Source of the DNA: Minisyncoccota bacterium
Lineage (GTDB): Bacteria; Patescibacteriota; Minisyncoccia; Phycocordibacterales; UBA9973
Assembly (NCBI GenBank): GCA_018061145.1
Contig: JAGOUR010000004.1
Location: 10,625 to 74,624 of the forward strand
Length of the DNA: 64,000 nucleotides
Reading direction: 5' to 3'
Below, piece after piece: positions 1 to 9,966 of the stretch. Made by a program: the position numbers and the translations under genes. How positions within the stretch are numbered: the first letter of the stretch is position 1; each line of letters opens with the position of its first letter. A model generated the notes under the pieces. It searched no databases. It was not told where the DNA came from and was given only the letters and a program-made list of their open reading frames with translations.

Positions 1-498
1 ATTCCACCCGAAGTACGCATTGCAAATCCTGACAATGTCAGACTCGGTGCATACCTATCACCCGGAACTACAATAATGCATTATGGTTTTGTGAACTTTA
101 ATGCTGGAACGCTCGGGAAATCAATGGTTGAAGGCAGAATCTCTGCTGGAACTACTATTGATGATGGTACAGATATTGGAGCCGGTGCTGGATTCCTCGG
201 TACTCTCTCTGGAGGAAACTCAATAAAACTTTCCGCCGGCAAAGATTGCCTTATTGGAGCTATGGCTGAATGCGGTGTGATCCTTGGAAACAATTGTGTA
301 GTAGCAACAGGAACCTGTTTTTCACAAAATACACCAATTTGGGAAATATATCCTGACGGAAATGCTGCTTGGAAAAAAGTGAAAGATTTAAACGGAAAAG
401 ATAATTTAACTTTCCGCCGAAATGCCGTGAATGGTAGGCTTGAAGTAATTCATAAAGGAAACAAAGCAATCCTGAACGAAGAACTCCACAAGAATTGA
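1..498 (+). CDS. Hexapeptide-repeat acyltransferase, DapD-like (tetrahydrodipicolinate N-succinyl/acetyltransferase family); 5' end truncated by the window edge
   Basis: Frame 1 is open from base 1 (IPPEVRIANPDNVRLGAYLSPGTTIM...) and continues into the listed ORF 76..498. Left-handed beta-helix repeats (GAY..G..I, GT..GK, GAGAGFLGTLSGGN) match the DapD C-terminal domain. Confidence 0.5.
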   Translation: MPPEVRIANPDNVRLGAYLSPGTTIMHYGFVNFNAGTLGKSMVEGRISAGTTIDDGTDIGAGAGFLGTLSGGNSIKLSAGKDCLIGAMAECGVILGNNCVVATGTCFSQNTPIWEIYPDGNAAWKKVKDLNGKDNLTFRRNAVNGRLEVIHKGNKAILNEELHKN

Positions 499-518
499 CC
501 TATTTTTATTTAAAATAA

Positions 519-555
519 ACACCCTATGTATAACAATATATAGGGTTGTTTTTTT
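519..555 (+). terminator. Rho-independent terminator after the DapD-like gene
   Basis: Stem accctat(521-527)/atagggt(540-546) followed by a T-run 547-555. Confidence 0.45.
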
Positions 556-622
556 GCCCAAATGTGGTACTGTAAAAGAAAAATTCTTAAATTCAAAATC
601 ACTCTTTAAACAATTAATTTTT

Positions 623-1396
623 ATGAAAAGAACAGAAACCGAGAAACTCATTGAGCAGTTTGAAAATGATCCCCTGGCCCTCCTTGCCGCCATTGGTGGC
701 TACTATGAATGCCAAAAAAGCCCGGATGGTAAAAGACTTACTCCCCTTGTTGGCTATGCAGCAAAGTACCCTACCGACGATGGAAAGGGCCTCAACTATG
801 TAGGAGAAATTTACGCAAACTTTTCTAAGGCTGAAGAACGCCCACTGATTATGAATCATTTTACTAGTAGATTATGGGAAGAAATACATCTTCACTTGGA
901 TCCCAGAAAAATTAATTCAAACCTTGTGTTTGTTGGTCCACAATTAGGAGGTATCTCCGTTGCTCAATTTTTATCCTTGCATGCCTCTAGTGTAGATGCC
1001 AGATATGCATGTGCTGAAAAAAAGACAATTGCCGTTGCTACAGAAACAGCACGAGAGCAAACAGAATTGTTTTTTGGACGTCATGAGATAAAAAAAGGAG
1101 ACAGAGTAGTTATTTCCGAAGATGTGCTAAATAATTTTTCAACAACCAAGCAAACAGTTGAGCTGATTGAGAAATACGAAGCCGAGGTTATCTGCATTGC
1201 TGGCCTGCTAAACCGGTCCATGACAATAGATACTCACTTTGACTATGGGGATAAATTAATACCTGTCATATCACTTGCGCGCAAGCCATTTAAAGAATAT
1301 CACCAAAATGATTCTTATGTGGCCGAAGACATACTGAAAGGTAATGTGATTTTAAAACCAAAAAATGAATGGAGCAAACTCACAAAAACTATTTAA
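623..1396 (+). CDS. Type I phosphoribosyltransferase-domain protein (PyrE-like paralog); an alternative start at 554 is possible
   Basis: PRPP-binding loop GDRVVISEDVLNNFSTTKQTVELIE resembles the PRTase motif (VLIVDDVITTGGT). MKRTETEK at 623 is the most plausible start. Confidence 0.45.
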   Translation: MKRTETEKLIEQFENDPLALLAAIGGYYECQKSPDGKRLTPLVGYAAKYPTDDGKGLNYVGEIYANFSKAEERPLIMNHFTSRLWEEIHLHLDPRKINSNLVFVGPQLGGISVAQFLSLHASSVDARYACAEKKTIAVATETAREQTELFFGRHEIKKGDRVVISEDVLNNFSTTKQTVELIEKYEAEVICIAGLLNRSMTIDTHFDYGDKLIPVISLARKPFKEYHQNDSYVAEDILKGNVILKPKNEWSKLTKTI

Positions 1397-1421
1397 AAAA
1401 TAGGTATGTGGAACAAAATAA

Positions 1422-1457
1422 AAAGAGGGCGACACTGTTGTGTCCCCCTCTTTTTTC
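1422..1457. terminator. Bidirectional rho-independent terminator between the convergent PRTase and pyrF genes
   Basis: agagggcgacac-tgtt-gtgtccccctct hairpin with an A-run before and a T-run after. Confidence 0.55.
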
Positions 1458-1473
1458 GTTTAGCAAACTTTTT

Positions 1474-2247
1474 TTAATGCCTTGATTGATCATCTCTTTC
1501 TTTTAACTCTTTTAAGGCTTTTTCCACTTCTTCAAGGATCAATTTTACTGCTTTTACACAATCACCAATTTCAGCAGGTGGTTGAAGTATCGGCCTCCCG
1601 ATAACCAAAATATCACACCCACCCATTATTGCTTTGTATGGGGTCATGATACGATCAGGATTCTGATCATTGGGCGCAGCCCAAATCGGACGGATAGCCG
1701 GAGTGATAGTTATCAAATTAGATGTAACAGATGTACCCTTGATGATTGAAGCCTCTGAAGCTGCACTAATCACGGCCTGCAAACCACAATTCGCAATATC
1801 AGCAGCAAATACAGCTACTTTTTCTTTTGTCTCTTCACCATAACTATGGAAGCAGTCTTCCTCAGTCATCGAGGTCAGAACGGTAACTCCGGCAACTATT
1901 GTATCACCAGTAACCTTTCTTACGGCTAACATTGTGGCAACGCTTGCTGAAGCATGAAGATTAAAGATTTTTACACCTTGCTTGCAAATGTCGATAGCAG
2001 CTTTTATCATTGTGTCCTGAGTGTCTTTAATCTTGCAATCATAAAAAACTTCTCCGCCAGCATCCTTAACAACCTTTGTTGCTTGAGGACCTCCCACAGA
2101 GTGGATCAATTGAAAGCCAATTTTAAACATTCCTACATAAGGAGCAAGTATTTTTACATAATGCTCAACTTCTTCAAGTGTGTTAACATCCAATGCTACA
2201 CAGATACGATTCCTTGGAATCGTAAGATCTAAATTTAATTCACTCAT
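1474..2247 (-). CDS. pyrF: Orotidine 5'-phosphate decarboxylase
   Basis: Motifs RICVALD, FKIGFQL, DCKIKD and C-terminal ILVIGRPI are typical of OMP decarboxylase. Confidence 0.7.
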   Translation of the reverse strand: MSELNLDLTIPRNRICVALDVNTLEEVEHYVKILAPYVGMFKIGFQLIHSVGGPQATKVVKDAGGEVFYDCKIKDTQDTMIKAAIDICKQGVKIFNLHASASVATMLAVRKVTGDTIVAGVTVLTSMTEEDCFHSYGEETKEKVAVFAADIANCGLQAVISAASEASIIKGTSVTSNLITITPAIRPIWAAPNDQNPDRIMTPYKAIMGGCDILVIGRPILQPPAEIGDCVKAVKLILEEVEKALKELKERDDQSRH

Positions 2248-2367
2248 ATTCCTATTTATTTAAGGGTTTTTGTATACATTACCAGATATATAGTCTATGT
2301 CAATACAAAAAATTTTGAGTTTAAGAGATGAGCTGATACTATAGAGCAAAACCTTCAAAAAAAATAA

Positions 2368-3057
2368 ATGAAAAAACAAGAAAAACTAGTAAAACTGCTT
2401 TTAGAAAAAGGAATTATTAAATTCAGATCCGAGGGACCGGTAGAAGAGAATCCCAAGATCAAGAGCCCTATGTACACAAATTTTTCACGGATTCCAAAAG
2501 AGCACCAGATATGCTCTTTAATTACTGAAATACTAACAGAAAAAATTGATCAAAAAGTAAATGAGCGCGGTCTCATGTTTGATTTTGTTGTTGGCACTAG
2601 TGTAGCTGGAATACAAGTAGGTAAATTGGTCTCGGGGGAATATGGAAAGTCATTCACAAGAATAAAAAGTGGCCAAACATATTTAGGAAATTCTGGTGAC
2701 AATAATTTCATGCATATACCTCATGACGTGACCGATAAAAAAGCCCTAATCATAGAAGATCTGGTCTATGCGAATGGAAGCATGCTAAAAGAGGCCGACC
2801 TGATCAGGAGACTCGGAGCAGACGTAGTGATGGGTGCATCCATCCTCACATACAATACCCTTGATAACCAAGAAAAAAATGCAACAGAAAAAAAGATTCC
2901 ACTAGTTCACGCTCTATCAATCGATGAAGTTTTGATTATTTGTATTGAAAAAGAAATAATAAAACCAAACGATTTTGAGATTCTAAAAAAATTTTTCATT
3001 GACCCCCGAAGCTGGTACAACAAGAACTTTCCAAAAACAGTAACTGGGTCTAATTAG
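2368..3057 (+). CDS. pyrE: Orotate phosphoribosyltransferase-like protein
   Basis: N-terminal LLEKGIIKFRSEG...SPMYTNFSRI resembles the PyrE hood region. PRPP loop KALIIEDLVYANGSM. Adjacent to pyrF. Confidence 0.5.
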   Translation: MKKQEKLVKLLLEKGIIKFRSEGPVEENPKIKSPMYTNFSRIPKEHQICSLITEILTEKIDQKVNERGLMFDFVVGTSVAGIQVGKLVSGEYGKSFTRIKSGQTYLGNSGDNNFMHIPHDVTDKKALIIEDLVYANGSMLKEADLIRRLGADVVMGASILTYNTLDNQEKNATEKKIPLVHALSIDEVLIICIEKEIIKPNDFEILKKFFIDPRSWYNKNFPKTVTGSN

Positions 3058-3075
3058 CACATTTACCAAAACATA

Positions 3076-3113
3076 AAAAATCCCTTACGATTCATTCGTA
3101 AGGGATTTTTTTA
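3076..3113. terminator. Bidirectional terminator between pyrE (+) and rplB (-)
   Basis: aaaatcccttacga-ttcatt-cgtaagggatttt hairpin with flanking A-run and T-run. Confidence 0.6.
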
Positions 3114-3189
3114 TTTAAGATTACAACTGTATAGAACAAAAAGCACCCCAATGGGTGCTTTTTGTGATAGAGATTTAAAATAGGATAGA

Positions 3190-4035
3190 CTATTTCTTTG
3201 CTTTACCGACACGTCGTCGTGAGACAATGTGCATATTTGAGTATTTCTTTGGTGTACGAGTCTTCTGGCCCTTTCCAGATGGCTTTCCCCACATAGTCTT
3301 GGCACGGCGTAGACCTCGTCCTTGAGCTCCTTCACCTCCTCCGTATGGGTGGTCTACAGGGTTCATGGCACTTCCACGTACTGTTGGGCGGATACCCTTC
3401 CAGCGTGAACGTCCAGCTTTACCAAAATTCTGAAGATGGAATTCTCCATTTGAAACTTCACCGATACATGCCCAACAGTTTTCAGAAACTTTTCGAACTT
3501 CTGTAGATGGCATCTTGATGTTTGTAAAACCATCATCGTTTGCAACTACTTGTCCGAATACTCCTGCTGCACGTACTAGTTTTCCACCGTTACCTGGCTT
3601 TATCTCGATGTTGTATACAAATGTACCAACTGGGATAAACTTTAGAGGAACGCGGTTTGCAACTGTAAGTGGTGCTTTTTCGCCAACGATAAACTTGTCC
3701 CCTACTTTTACAGACTTTGGAACCACAACATAGCGCTTTTCTCCGTCAGCATATACTGCAAGACCGATAAATGCATTTCTGTTTGGATCGTATTCTATAG
3801 AAGTTATCTTTGCTGGGATATCATGCTTGTTGTACATAAAGTCAACTTCACGATATAGACGCTTGTGACCACCCCCCTTGTGGCGAGTAGTGATGCGACC
3901 CTGGTGATTGCGTCCAACTGAACGCTTGAAACCATGAGTCAAAGATTTTTCAGGTGTACTTGTTGTAAGAACATTGCGGTATGAGACAGTAGTCTGATGA
4001 CGCTTTGATGGTGTTGTAGGTTTATATGTTTTCAT
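3190..4035 (-). CDS. rplB: 50S ribosomal protein L2
   Basis: Matches L2 throughout, including the GGGHKR motif. Confidence 0.95.
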   Translation of the reverse strand: MKTYKPTTPSKRHQTTVSYRNVLTTSTPEKSLTHGFKRSVGRNHQGRITTRHKGGGHKRLYREVDFMYNKHDIPAKITSIEYDPNRNAFIGLAVYADGEKRYVVVPKSVKVGDKFIVGEKAPLTVANRVPLKFIPVGTFVYNIEIKPGNGGKLVRAAGVFGQVVANDDGFTNIKMPSTEVRKVSENCWACIGEVSNGEFHLQNFGKAGRSRWKGIRPTVRGSAMNPVDHPYGGGEGAQGRGLRRAKTMWGKPSGKGQKTRTPKKYSNMHIVSRRRVGKAKK

Positions 4036-4040
4036 AAAAA

Positions 4041-4367
4041 TTATACAAATTCAATCTTATCGCCCTTCTTTAAATATACGACCGCCTTTTTACCACCCTG
4101 TTTCTTTCCAGCTTTACCACGGATGAAAACAGCTTTTTCTGTGATTTGTGTTGTTGTCACTCTTACTGGAGTAACTCCGTAAAGCATTTTGATTGCTTTT
4201 TTGATTTCTGTCTTGTTTGCATTTGTAGCAACATTGAATGTATAAGCATTGTTTTGTGCAGCACGTGCAGCCTTTTCAGTAATACGAAGCCCTTTTATAA
4301 GAGGGTGTGTCTTTGTCGCCTTTTCATCTACCTTAGTATCTACTTTTTTTGTTTTTGTTGTAGCCAT
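4041..4367 (-). CDS. rplW: 50S ribosomal protein L23
   Basis: L23 fold sequence. Sits between rplD and rplB in S10-operon order. Confidence 0.85.
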   Translation of the reverse strand: MATTKTKKVDTKVDEKATKTHPLIKGLRITEKAARAAQNNAYTFNVATNANKTEIKKAIKMLYGVTPVRVTTTQITEKAVFIRGKAGKKQGGKKAVVYLKKGDKIEFV

Positions 4368-4371
4368 AAAA

Positions 4372-5040
4372 TTATTTCTTTTCTATTTTACCTCCCAAAA
4401 ACGCAACAGATTCTGTTGGAGAAGCAATAATAAGATATTTATATGAAAGAAGATCGACTGGATTCATGTTGCGAACTTCGTCAATCTCAGCGATTGGGAT
4501 GTTTGCAAAACTCTTCTTTAAGACATCATTTTTTGCAGGAACTGTGATGTAAGCTTTTGGCTTTGTACCTACACAGATTTTTTCAAATCCAGATACAGTA
4601 CTCAAATCTTTCAACACAGCAATTGCGTCCTTTGTTTTGATATTTTTCATTGAAAGATCTTCAACAAACAATATTTCACCATTCTTAAATTTCTTTGAAA
4701 GAACTGTGAATAGAGCTTGAATCTTCATCTTCTTGTTGATTTTTTGCGCGTAGATCTTATCGTTGCGTGGACCATGAGTCACACCTCCGCCTACCCAGAT
4801 AGGTGAGCGAGATGAACCGTGACGTGCACGTCCTGTTCCCTTTTGTTTCCAAGGCTTGCGTCCTCCACCGCGAACTTCTCCGCGTGTTTTGACATGAGCT
4901 ACAGGTGTACGAGCATTTGCTTGCATAGCTGTAACTACTTGGTGAACTAGGTCAGCGTTCCATTTTAGACCAAAAACTTGCTCTGGAAGTTTTAGACTTC
5001 CAACAGACTTACCCTTTTGATTGTATACTTGTGTTTCCAT
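4372..5040 (-). CDS. rplD: 50S ribosomal protein L4
   Basis: L4 family sequence (RGGGRKPWKQKGTGRAR). Confidence 0.9.
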   Translation of the reverse strand: METQVYNQKGKSVGSLKLPEQVFGLKWNADLVHQVVTAMQANARTPVAHVKTRGEVRGGGRKPWKQKGTGRARHGSSRSPIWVGGGVTHGPRNDKIYAQKINKKMKIQALFTVLSKKFKNGEILFVEDLSMKNIKTKDAIAVLKDLSTVSGFEKICVGTKPKAYITVPAKNDVLKKSFANIPIAEIDEVRNMNPVDLLSYKYLIIASPTESVAFLGGKIEKK

Positions 5041-5044
5041 AATA

Positions 5045-5644
5045 TTATCCTATGACTTCCACTAGAGTACCACGTCGTCCAGGGATTGCGCCTTTAATGA
5101 GTAATTGGTTGTTTTCAACATCTACGCCGACCACTTTCAAGTTGCGAACTGTGATACGATCACCACCCATGCGTCCCGCCATGCGCATACCTTTTGGTAC
5201 ACGATTACGTAGACCTCCACCGATAGAACCTGGCTCACGCTCAGAGTGCTTCTGACCGTGTGTACGAGGACCTCCGGCAAAGCCGTGACGCTTCACTACA
5301 CCTTGAAAACCTTTTCCTTTTGATACACCTGATACGATAACTGTATCCCCTTTAGCAAAACTGCTAACAGTGATACGATCACCGACTGCGATTTCTTCGA
5401 TATCGCGAAACTCTCGAAGATGCTTGTAAGCACCCTCCTTAACATGGCCCAGGTGTGCTTTTGTCGCACGCTCCTTTTTCTGATCGAGGAATGCTACTTG
5501 AACAGCAGTATAGCCATCAGATTCTGGAGTCTTCACTTGAGTAACGACAATAGGACCCGCATCGATAACCGTTGCTGGAACCACTGTACCGTCCTCTTCG
5601 AAGAACTGCACCATATTCTGTTTTTTACCTAGAATAAATTTCAT
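5045..5644 (-). CDS. rplC: 50S ribosomal protein L3
   Basis: L3 family (KGKGFQGVVKRHGF). Confidence 0.9.
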   Translation of the reverse strand: MKFILGKKQNMVQFFEEDGTVVPATVIDAGPIVVTQVKTPESDGYTAVQVAFLDQKKERATKAHLGHVKEGAYKHLREFRDIEEIAVGDRITVSSFAKGDTVIVSGVSKGKGFQGVVKRHGFAGGPRTHGQKHSEREPGSIGGGLRNRVPKGMRMAGRMGGDRITVRNLKVVGVDVENNQLLIKGAIPGRRGTLVEVIG

Positions 5645-5661
5645 AAATATATAGTCTCTAA

Positions 5662-6015
5662 TTACATCATTTTCACATCAATATCTACTCCGGACGGAAG
5701 AGACAAGTTTGTCAACGCCTCGATAGTCTTTGGATTTGGGTTCAAGATATCGATAACACGCTTGTGAATTCTTATTTCAAACTGTTCACGAGCATTCTTG
5801 AATACGAATGATGCACGGTTCACAGTGTACTTCTTTATTTCAGTTGGAAGAGGGATTGGACCGACGATCTTTGCATCGTAGCGAAGTGCTGTATCGATAA
5901 TCTGCTTGACACTAGTGTCAAGAATCTTATTTTCATAAGCTCTTACGCGGATACGAAGTCGAACGACACCGTCCTCTTTCACCTTTTTTTCTTTTTTAAC
6001 GGTAGTTGTTGTCAT
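5662..6015 (-). CDS. rpsJ: 30S ribosomal protein S10
   Basis: S10 family (IRIRVRAYENKILD...GPIPLPT). Confidence 0.9.
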   Translation of the reverse strand: MTTTTVKKEKKVKEDGVVRLRIRVRAYENKILDTSVKQIIDTALRYDAKIVGPIPLPTEIKKYTVNRASFVFKNAREQFEIRIHKRVIDILNPNPKTIEALTNLSLPSGVDIDVKMM

Positions 6016-6092
6016 TTGTTTGAAAGCACCGGGTTTTGATTTCTAATAACCAGTATTTCTACTAGTTATTAGAAACTAGACCCAGGAACTTA

Positions 6093-7292
6093 TTAAGCGA
6101 TAACCTTTGTTACGACACCAGCACCGACTGTCTTACCTCCTTCACGGATAGCAAAGTGTGTTTGATCTTCGAGAGCTACAGGAGTAACTAGTTTTACCTT
6201 TAGTTTTACAGTATCACCTGGCATAACCATTTCTACGCCTTCTGGTAGAGTTGATTCACCTGTAACGTCTGTTGTACGGATGTAAAATTGTGGCTTGTAA
6301 CCAGTAAAGAATGGAGTGTGGCGACCACCTTCTTCCTTCTTTAGAACATAAACTTCACATTCAAATTCTGAGTGTGGAGTAACTGAACCGATTTTAGCAA
6401 GAACTTGTCCACGAGTGATATCTTCTTTTTTGATACCACGGATAAGGATACCTGCGTTGTCGCCAGCCATACCTTCTTTTAGGTTTTTGTTGAACATTTC
6501 GATACCAGTAACTGTAGTCTTTACAGTGTCCTTGATTCCGACGATTTCTACGTCTTCACCAACTTTCACGATACCACGCTCGATTTTACCTGTAACCACT
6601 GTTCCACGTCCTTCGATAGAAAAGATATCTTCGATTGGCATTAGGAATGGCTTTGTAACATCGCGTTCTGGTTGTGGGATGTATGTATCTAGAGCATTTG
6701 CAAGATCTAGGATCTTCTTTGCCCATTCATCATTGTTATCTGCTGATTCTAGAGCTTTTAGAGCTGAACCACGGATAACTGGAGTGTTTGCACCATCGTA
6801 ACCGTTCTTTGTAAGCAATTCACGTAGTTCTTCTTCAACAAGTTCCAACATGTCTGCGTCATCCACCATGTCACACTTGTTAAGAAATACGACGAATTGT
6901 GGCACACCAACTTGCTTTGCTAGGAGCACGTGTTCACGTGTCTGTGGCATTGCACCGTCAGTAGCTGCAACAACAAGAATAGCACCGTCCATTTGAGCGG
7001 CACCAGTAATCATGTTTTTGATGTAGTCAGCGTGACCTGGAGCATCAATGTGAGCGTAGTGACGATTTGGAGTCTCGTACTCGTTGTGAGAAAGCGCGAT
7101 AGTGATTCCACGAGCTTTTTCTTCAGGAGCTGAGTCAATATCACCCACTCCCTTTAGTTTTGCACTATATCCACCACCTTGGCGAGCCAATGTGTTAAGG
7201 ATTGCTGCTGTTAAAGTCGTCTTGCCGTGGTCAACGTGGCCAATAGTACCAACGTTTACGTGCGGCTTTGAACGATTAAATTCTTCTGCCAT
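6093..7292 (-). CDS. tuf: Elongation factor Tu
   Basis: G-domain motifs [18 protein letters not shown], plus EF-Tu domains 2 and 3. Confidence 0.97.
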   Translation of the reverse strand: MAEEFNRSKPHVNVGTIGHVDHGKTTLTAAILNTLARQGGGYSAKLKGVGDIDSAPEEKARGITIALSHNEYETPNRHYAHIDAPGHADYIKNMITGAAQMDGAILVVAATDGAMPQTREHVLLAKQVGVPQFVVFLNKCDMVDDADMLELVEEELRELLTKNGYDGANTPVIRGSALKALESADNNDEWAKKILDLANALDTYIPQPERDVTKPFLMPIEDIFSIEGRGTVVTGKIERGIVKVGEDVEIVGIKDTVKTTVTGIEMFNKNLKEGMAGDNAGILIRGIKKEDITRGQVLAKIGSVTPHSEFECEVYVLKKEEGGRHTPFFTGYKPQFYIRTTDVTGESTLPEGVEMVMPGDTVKLKVKLVTPVALEDQTHFAIREGGKTVGAGVVTKVIA

Positions 7293-7472
7293 ATATGTTT
7301 TATTGGTTTATAATAATAACGGAACCATTCAAGGTCTATTACTACTACAAACATAAATTATTAATAATTATCTTCTCCCTCACCTAGCTAAGGCTCGGGT
7401 CCCTTTTTTAGGAGGGCACGCAGAAAATGCGATGAACCAATAGTAGCAAATTTCAGGAAAATGTCAAATAAA

Positions 7473-7503
7473 AACCCCGCCGATTATCGGCGGGGTTTTT
7501 ATT
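7473..7503. terminator. Bidirectional rho-independent terminator ending the minus-strand secreted-protein operon
   Basis: ccccgccgat/atcggcgggg hairpin flanked by aaaaa and ttttt. Confidence 0.7.
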
Positions 7504-7506
7504 GAT

Positions 7507-8802
7507 CTACCAAGATATTCTAACTGCACCATTAGCACCTCTTCCTGTTCCATAATCTCTGTTAGTGATACCACCCTCTCCTACTTCTATGGCATAAGTT
7601 ATGCTAGAAGTATCATCTACCCAATCAAATTCAGCTACAACATAACCCCCAGCCCCTCCACCAGCACTTCTTGGGCGTTTCCAATCTGTTGCACTATAAG
7701 GGATTGGAGCTTCACACAATGCAAGTGTTCCTGCTAAGTGACCTCTTCCACCCCCTCCAGAACCAAAATTTACACCTTGTTTACCAGTAGAACCATTTAG
7801 AGTACTACCTCCCTCTCCCCCATAACCACCGTAATTACCATCAGGAGATTTTGCAGACACACCCCCGCGACCACCAATACACTGAGTAACATATACAGGA
7901 GGTATCGTGGGTAGTGGGTCAGGATTAAATGCTGATTTAATCAATAAAGGCATAGGAGGCCAAATTGCGGCAGAAATATAAAATCCTGAATTTTGTCCAT
8001 TACCCCCCTTAACAGCTACCGCATCTGTAATATTATTTGTATAAGCATTTCCACCCTCTCCTCCAACGAGCCATGTCCCCATTTTACCTGACTCTGCGAC
8101 CATACTCTTGCCTGTCGCGACTCCATTTTTATACTCTGTAACATAACTATTATCGGCTGGATTAGTATGATTGCCATCATTACCTGGGTTTGGATCATTA
8201 CTTGGTACACTATTTCCACCACCGCCCCACAATTCTATCTTATATCTTTCAACCCCAACAGGAAGATCCGCCTGAGGGTTAAACACATGTCCACCTGGAG
8301 TGCTTCTTATCCACTCTCCATGAGGGGCAGGACAAGGGAACAACATCCCCACATCATTTACGCACAATTTTCTTCTTCCCTGCTTTCCTTTTATGTCTAT
8401 ATTATTCAAATACAATAACTTAGTAGTCAAATCTCCACCACTCATATTGTACTCAGCACCGATAGAATCTGAAGCCCCTCCAGATCCACCGCAAGCAGTA
8501 GCACAAGCAACACCCACAGTAGTATTTCCAAAAGCTGTAAGGTATTTGGAGAACATCACACCTCTAACATCAAGAGTAGCGACAGGACTAGATGATGAAC
8601 CCAAACCGATATTACCCAATATTGATTGATAGACATCAGACCCCTCAAACAACACAGATATAGGTGTGTTCGTAGAAGAAACGTTGCTAGAGTTAGGAGT
8701 AACAGCAGGCTTCGCTGTATATGTTGCAGATACTTGATTAATTGCCAACGTCAAAACAAGTGCGGGTATAATTATCTTAAAGAATTTTAAATATTGTTTC
8801 AT
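7507..8802 (-). CDS. Secreted glycine-rich protein with a cleavable signal peptide; no recognisable homolog
   Basis: N-terminal hydrophobic segment with an ...VSA|TYTAKP cleavage site. Many GGxGG / GNxG stretches. Same operon strand as the next four genes. Confidence 0.5.
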   Translation of the reverse strand: MKQYLKFFKIIIPALVLTLAINQVSATYTAKPAVTPNSSNVSSTNTPISVLFEGSDVYQSILGNIGLGSSSSPVATLDVRGVMFSKYLTAFGNTTVGVACATACGGSGGASDSIGAEYNMSGGDLTTKLLYLNNIDIKGKQGRRKLCVNDVGMLFPCPAPHGEWIRSTPGGHVFNPQADLPVGVERYKIELWGGGGNSVPSNDPNPGNDGNHTNPADNSYVTEYKNGVATGKSMVAESGKMGTWLVGGEGGNAYTNNITDAVAVKGGNGQNSGFYISAAIWPPMPLLIKSAFNPDPLPTIPPVYVTQCIGGRGGVSAKSPDGNYGGYGGEGGSTLNGSTGKQGVNFGSGGGGRGHLAGTLALCEAPIPYSATDWKRPRSAGGGAGGYVVAEFDWVDDTSSITYAIEVGEGGITNRDYGTGRGANGAVRISW

Positions 8803-8819
8803 TTGTTTAATATTAATTA

Positions 8820-9203
8820 TTAATTACACTTTATAACTTGTTTTGTTGCAGTCATAATACAAAGCTCATTTGATGTATAAGAAGGACTAAAAGCATCCGG
8901 AGTAAAGTACAGATGGTTAGACATCATATCCCCTGTCACCACTGCAATGTTTGAAACAACCATACTATCAGCAGACAAACTTCCATTTACATACAGCTTA
9001 CCAGAACCTGTACCAGATGTACCCACGGCCACAGACCCCATTCTAGCTTGAGCGCTAGCACCAGTATTTATCATCGCTGGAGTGTTGCATGATGGTGCGA
9101 CACAAGATGGCTTTGCTATATATGCAGCAGATACCCAATTTATCGCTACAGTAAAAATTAATGCAATAATTATTATTTTTGTTGTCTGTAAAATTTTTTT
9201 CAT
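8820..9203 (-). CDS. Small secreted protein whose N-terminal module is paralogous to that of the 7507..8802 gene
   Basis: KIIIIALIFTVAINWVSAAYIAKP aligns with KIIIPALVLTLAINQVSATYTAKP. An identical ttaattaataattaa sits upstream of both ATGs. Confidence 0.45.
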   Translation of the reverse strand: MKKILQTTKIIIIALIFTVAINWVSAAYIAKPSCVAPSCNTPAMINTGASAQARMGSVAVGTSGTGSGKLYVNGSLSADSMVVSNIAVVTGDMMSNHLYFTPDAFSPSYTSNELCIMTATKQVIKCN

Positions 9204-9213
9204 ATTTTAATTA

Positions 9214-9966
9214 TTAATTAACTTTTAAATAAGCAGTGACAGATGATGAACCATTACCACAAGTCAATTCATATACAGTACCACTACCGATGAGCGTGAC
9301 ATTACGAGTTCCATTTGGTGCCAATATCAGATTAACCAGAGTAGGATCACTCTGCGGATCGATTCTCTCTAGAGAACAAGAAGTGGTATTCACAGAAGTC
9401 CAAGATAGTAATTTTGCAGTTGAACTATTCCCCGATTTTGTAAAAGAAGTGATGGCAGGGGCGAGTGCTGGAGTTGTGGTAGGGGTATTTGAACAGATTA
9501 CAACTTTGTTAGATGAATTTACGCAGAGACTTTTTATTGTATTTGAATTTTTAACTGTAGCAATATCTATGACAGAAAAATTTGATTGCTTTGTGGCATC
9601 AAGTGGATCAGTATCATTTACAGTTAGACTATTCCCAACCTGAAGACTAGCATTTACCCTTGTTATATCATTTGAAGTAGACAGAGATCCTACAGTAGTA
9701 GAACCTTCTACGTGAAGAGTACTATCACTCGCGGGGAAACTGGCACTACCTATAGACAGTGCATGTGGCACCTTGTACCCGACAGCCCCAGTGGCAGGTA
9801 AACCTAATTTTGATTGATTTACAGCAGGGCTCAATACGATTGGAGCACCTACATTTTTATTTGGTGGCAATGCAGATGGTCCAGCAAATGCGATACCAGC
9901 AAATGCGATACCTACCAAAACCATGATTGAGAAAATTTGTTTTGTGTTCATATGATTAGCGTTCAA
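9214..9966 (-). CDS. Secreted Ser/Thr-rich protein (start may be the internal Met at 9951)
   Basis: Signal-peptide-like N-terminus with a GIAFAGIAFAG duplication. Low-complexity S/T/N-rich body. Overlaps the upstream gene stop by 11 nt. Confidence 0.45.
   Translation of the reverse strand: MNANHMNTKQIFSIMVLVGIAFAGIAFAGPSALPPNKNVGAPIVLSPAVNQSKLGLPATGAVGYKVPHALSIGSASFPASDSTLHVEGSTTVGSLSTSNDITRVNASLQVGNSLTVNDTDPLDATKQSNFSVIDIATVKNSNTIKSLCVNSSNKVVICSNTPTTTPALAPAITSFTKSGNSSTAKLLSWTSVNTTSCSLERIDPQSDPTLVNLILAPNGTRNVTLIGSGTVYELTCGNGSSSVTAYLKVN

Noticed and set aside
6415-7356. Plus-strand ORFs 6415..6801, 6930..7133 and 7102..7356 antisense to tuf
   Set aside because: These are shadow ORFs inside a highly conserved gene. 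Their low-complexity translations are typical antisense artefacts.
9880-9920. GIAFAGIAFAG tandem duplication as a repeat feature
   Set aside because: It is a single 15-nt duplication inside a signal peptide, too small to call as a feature on its own.
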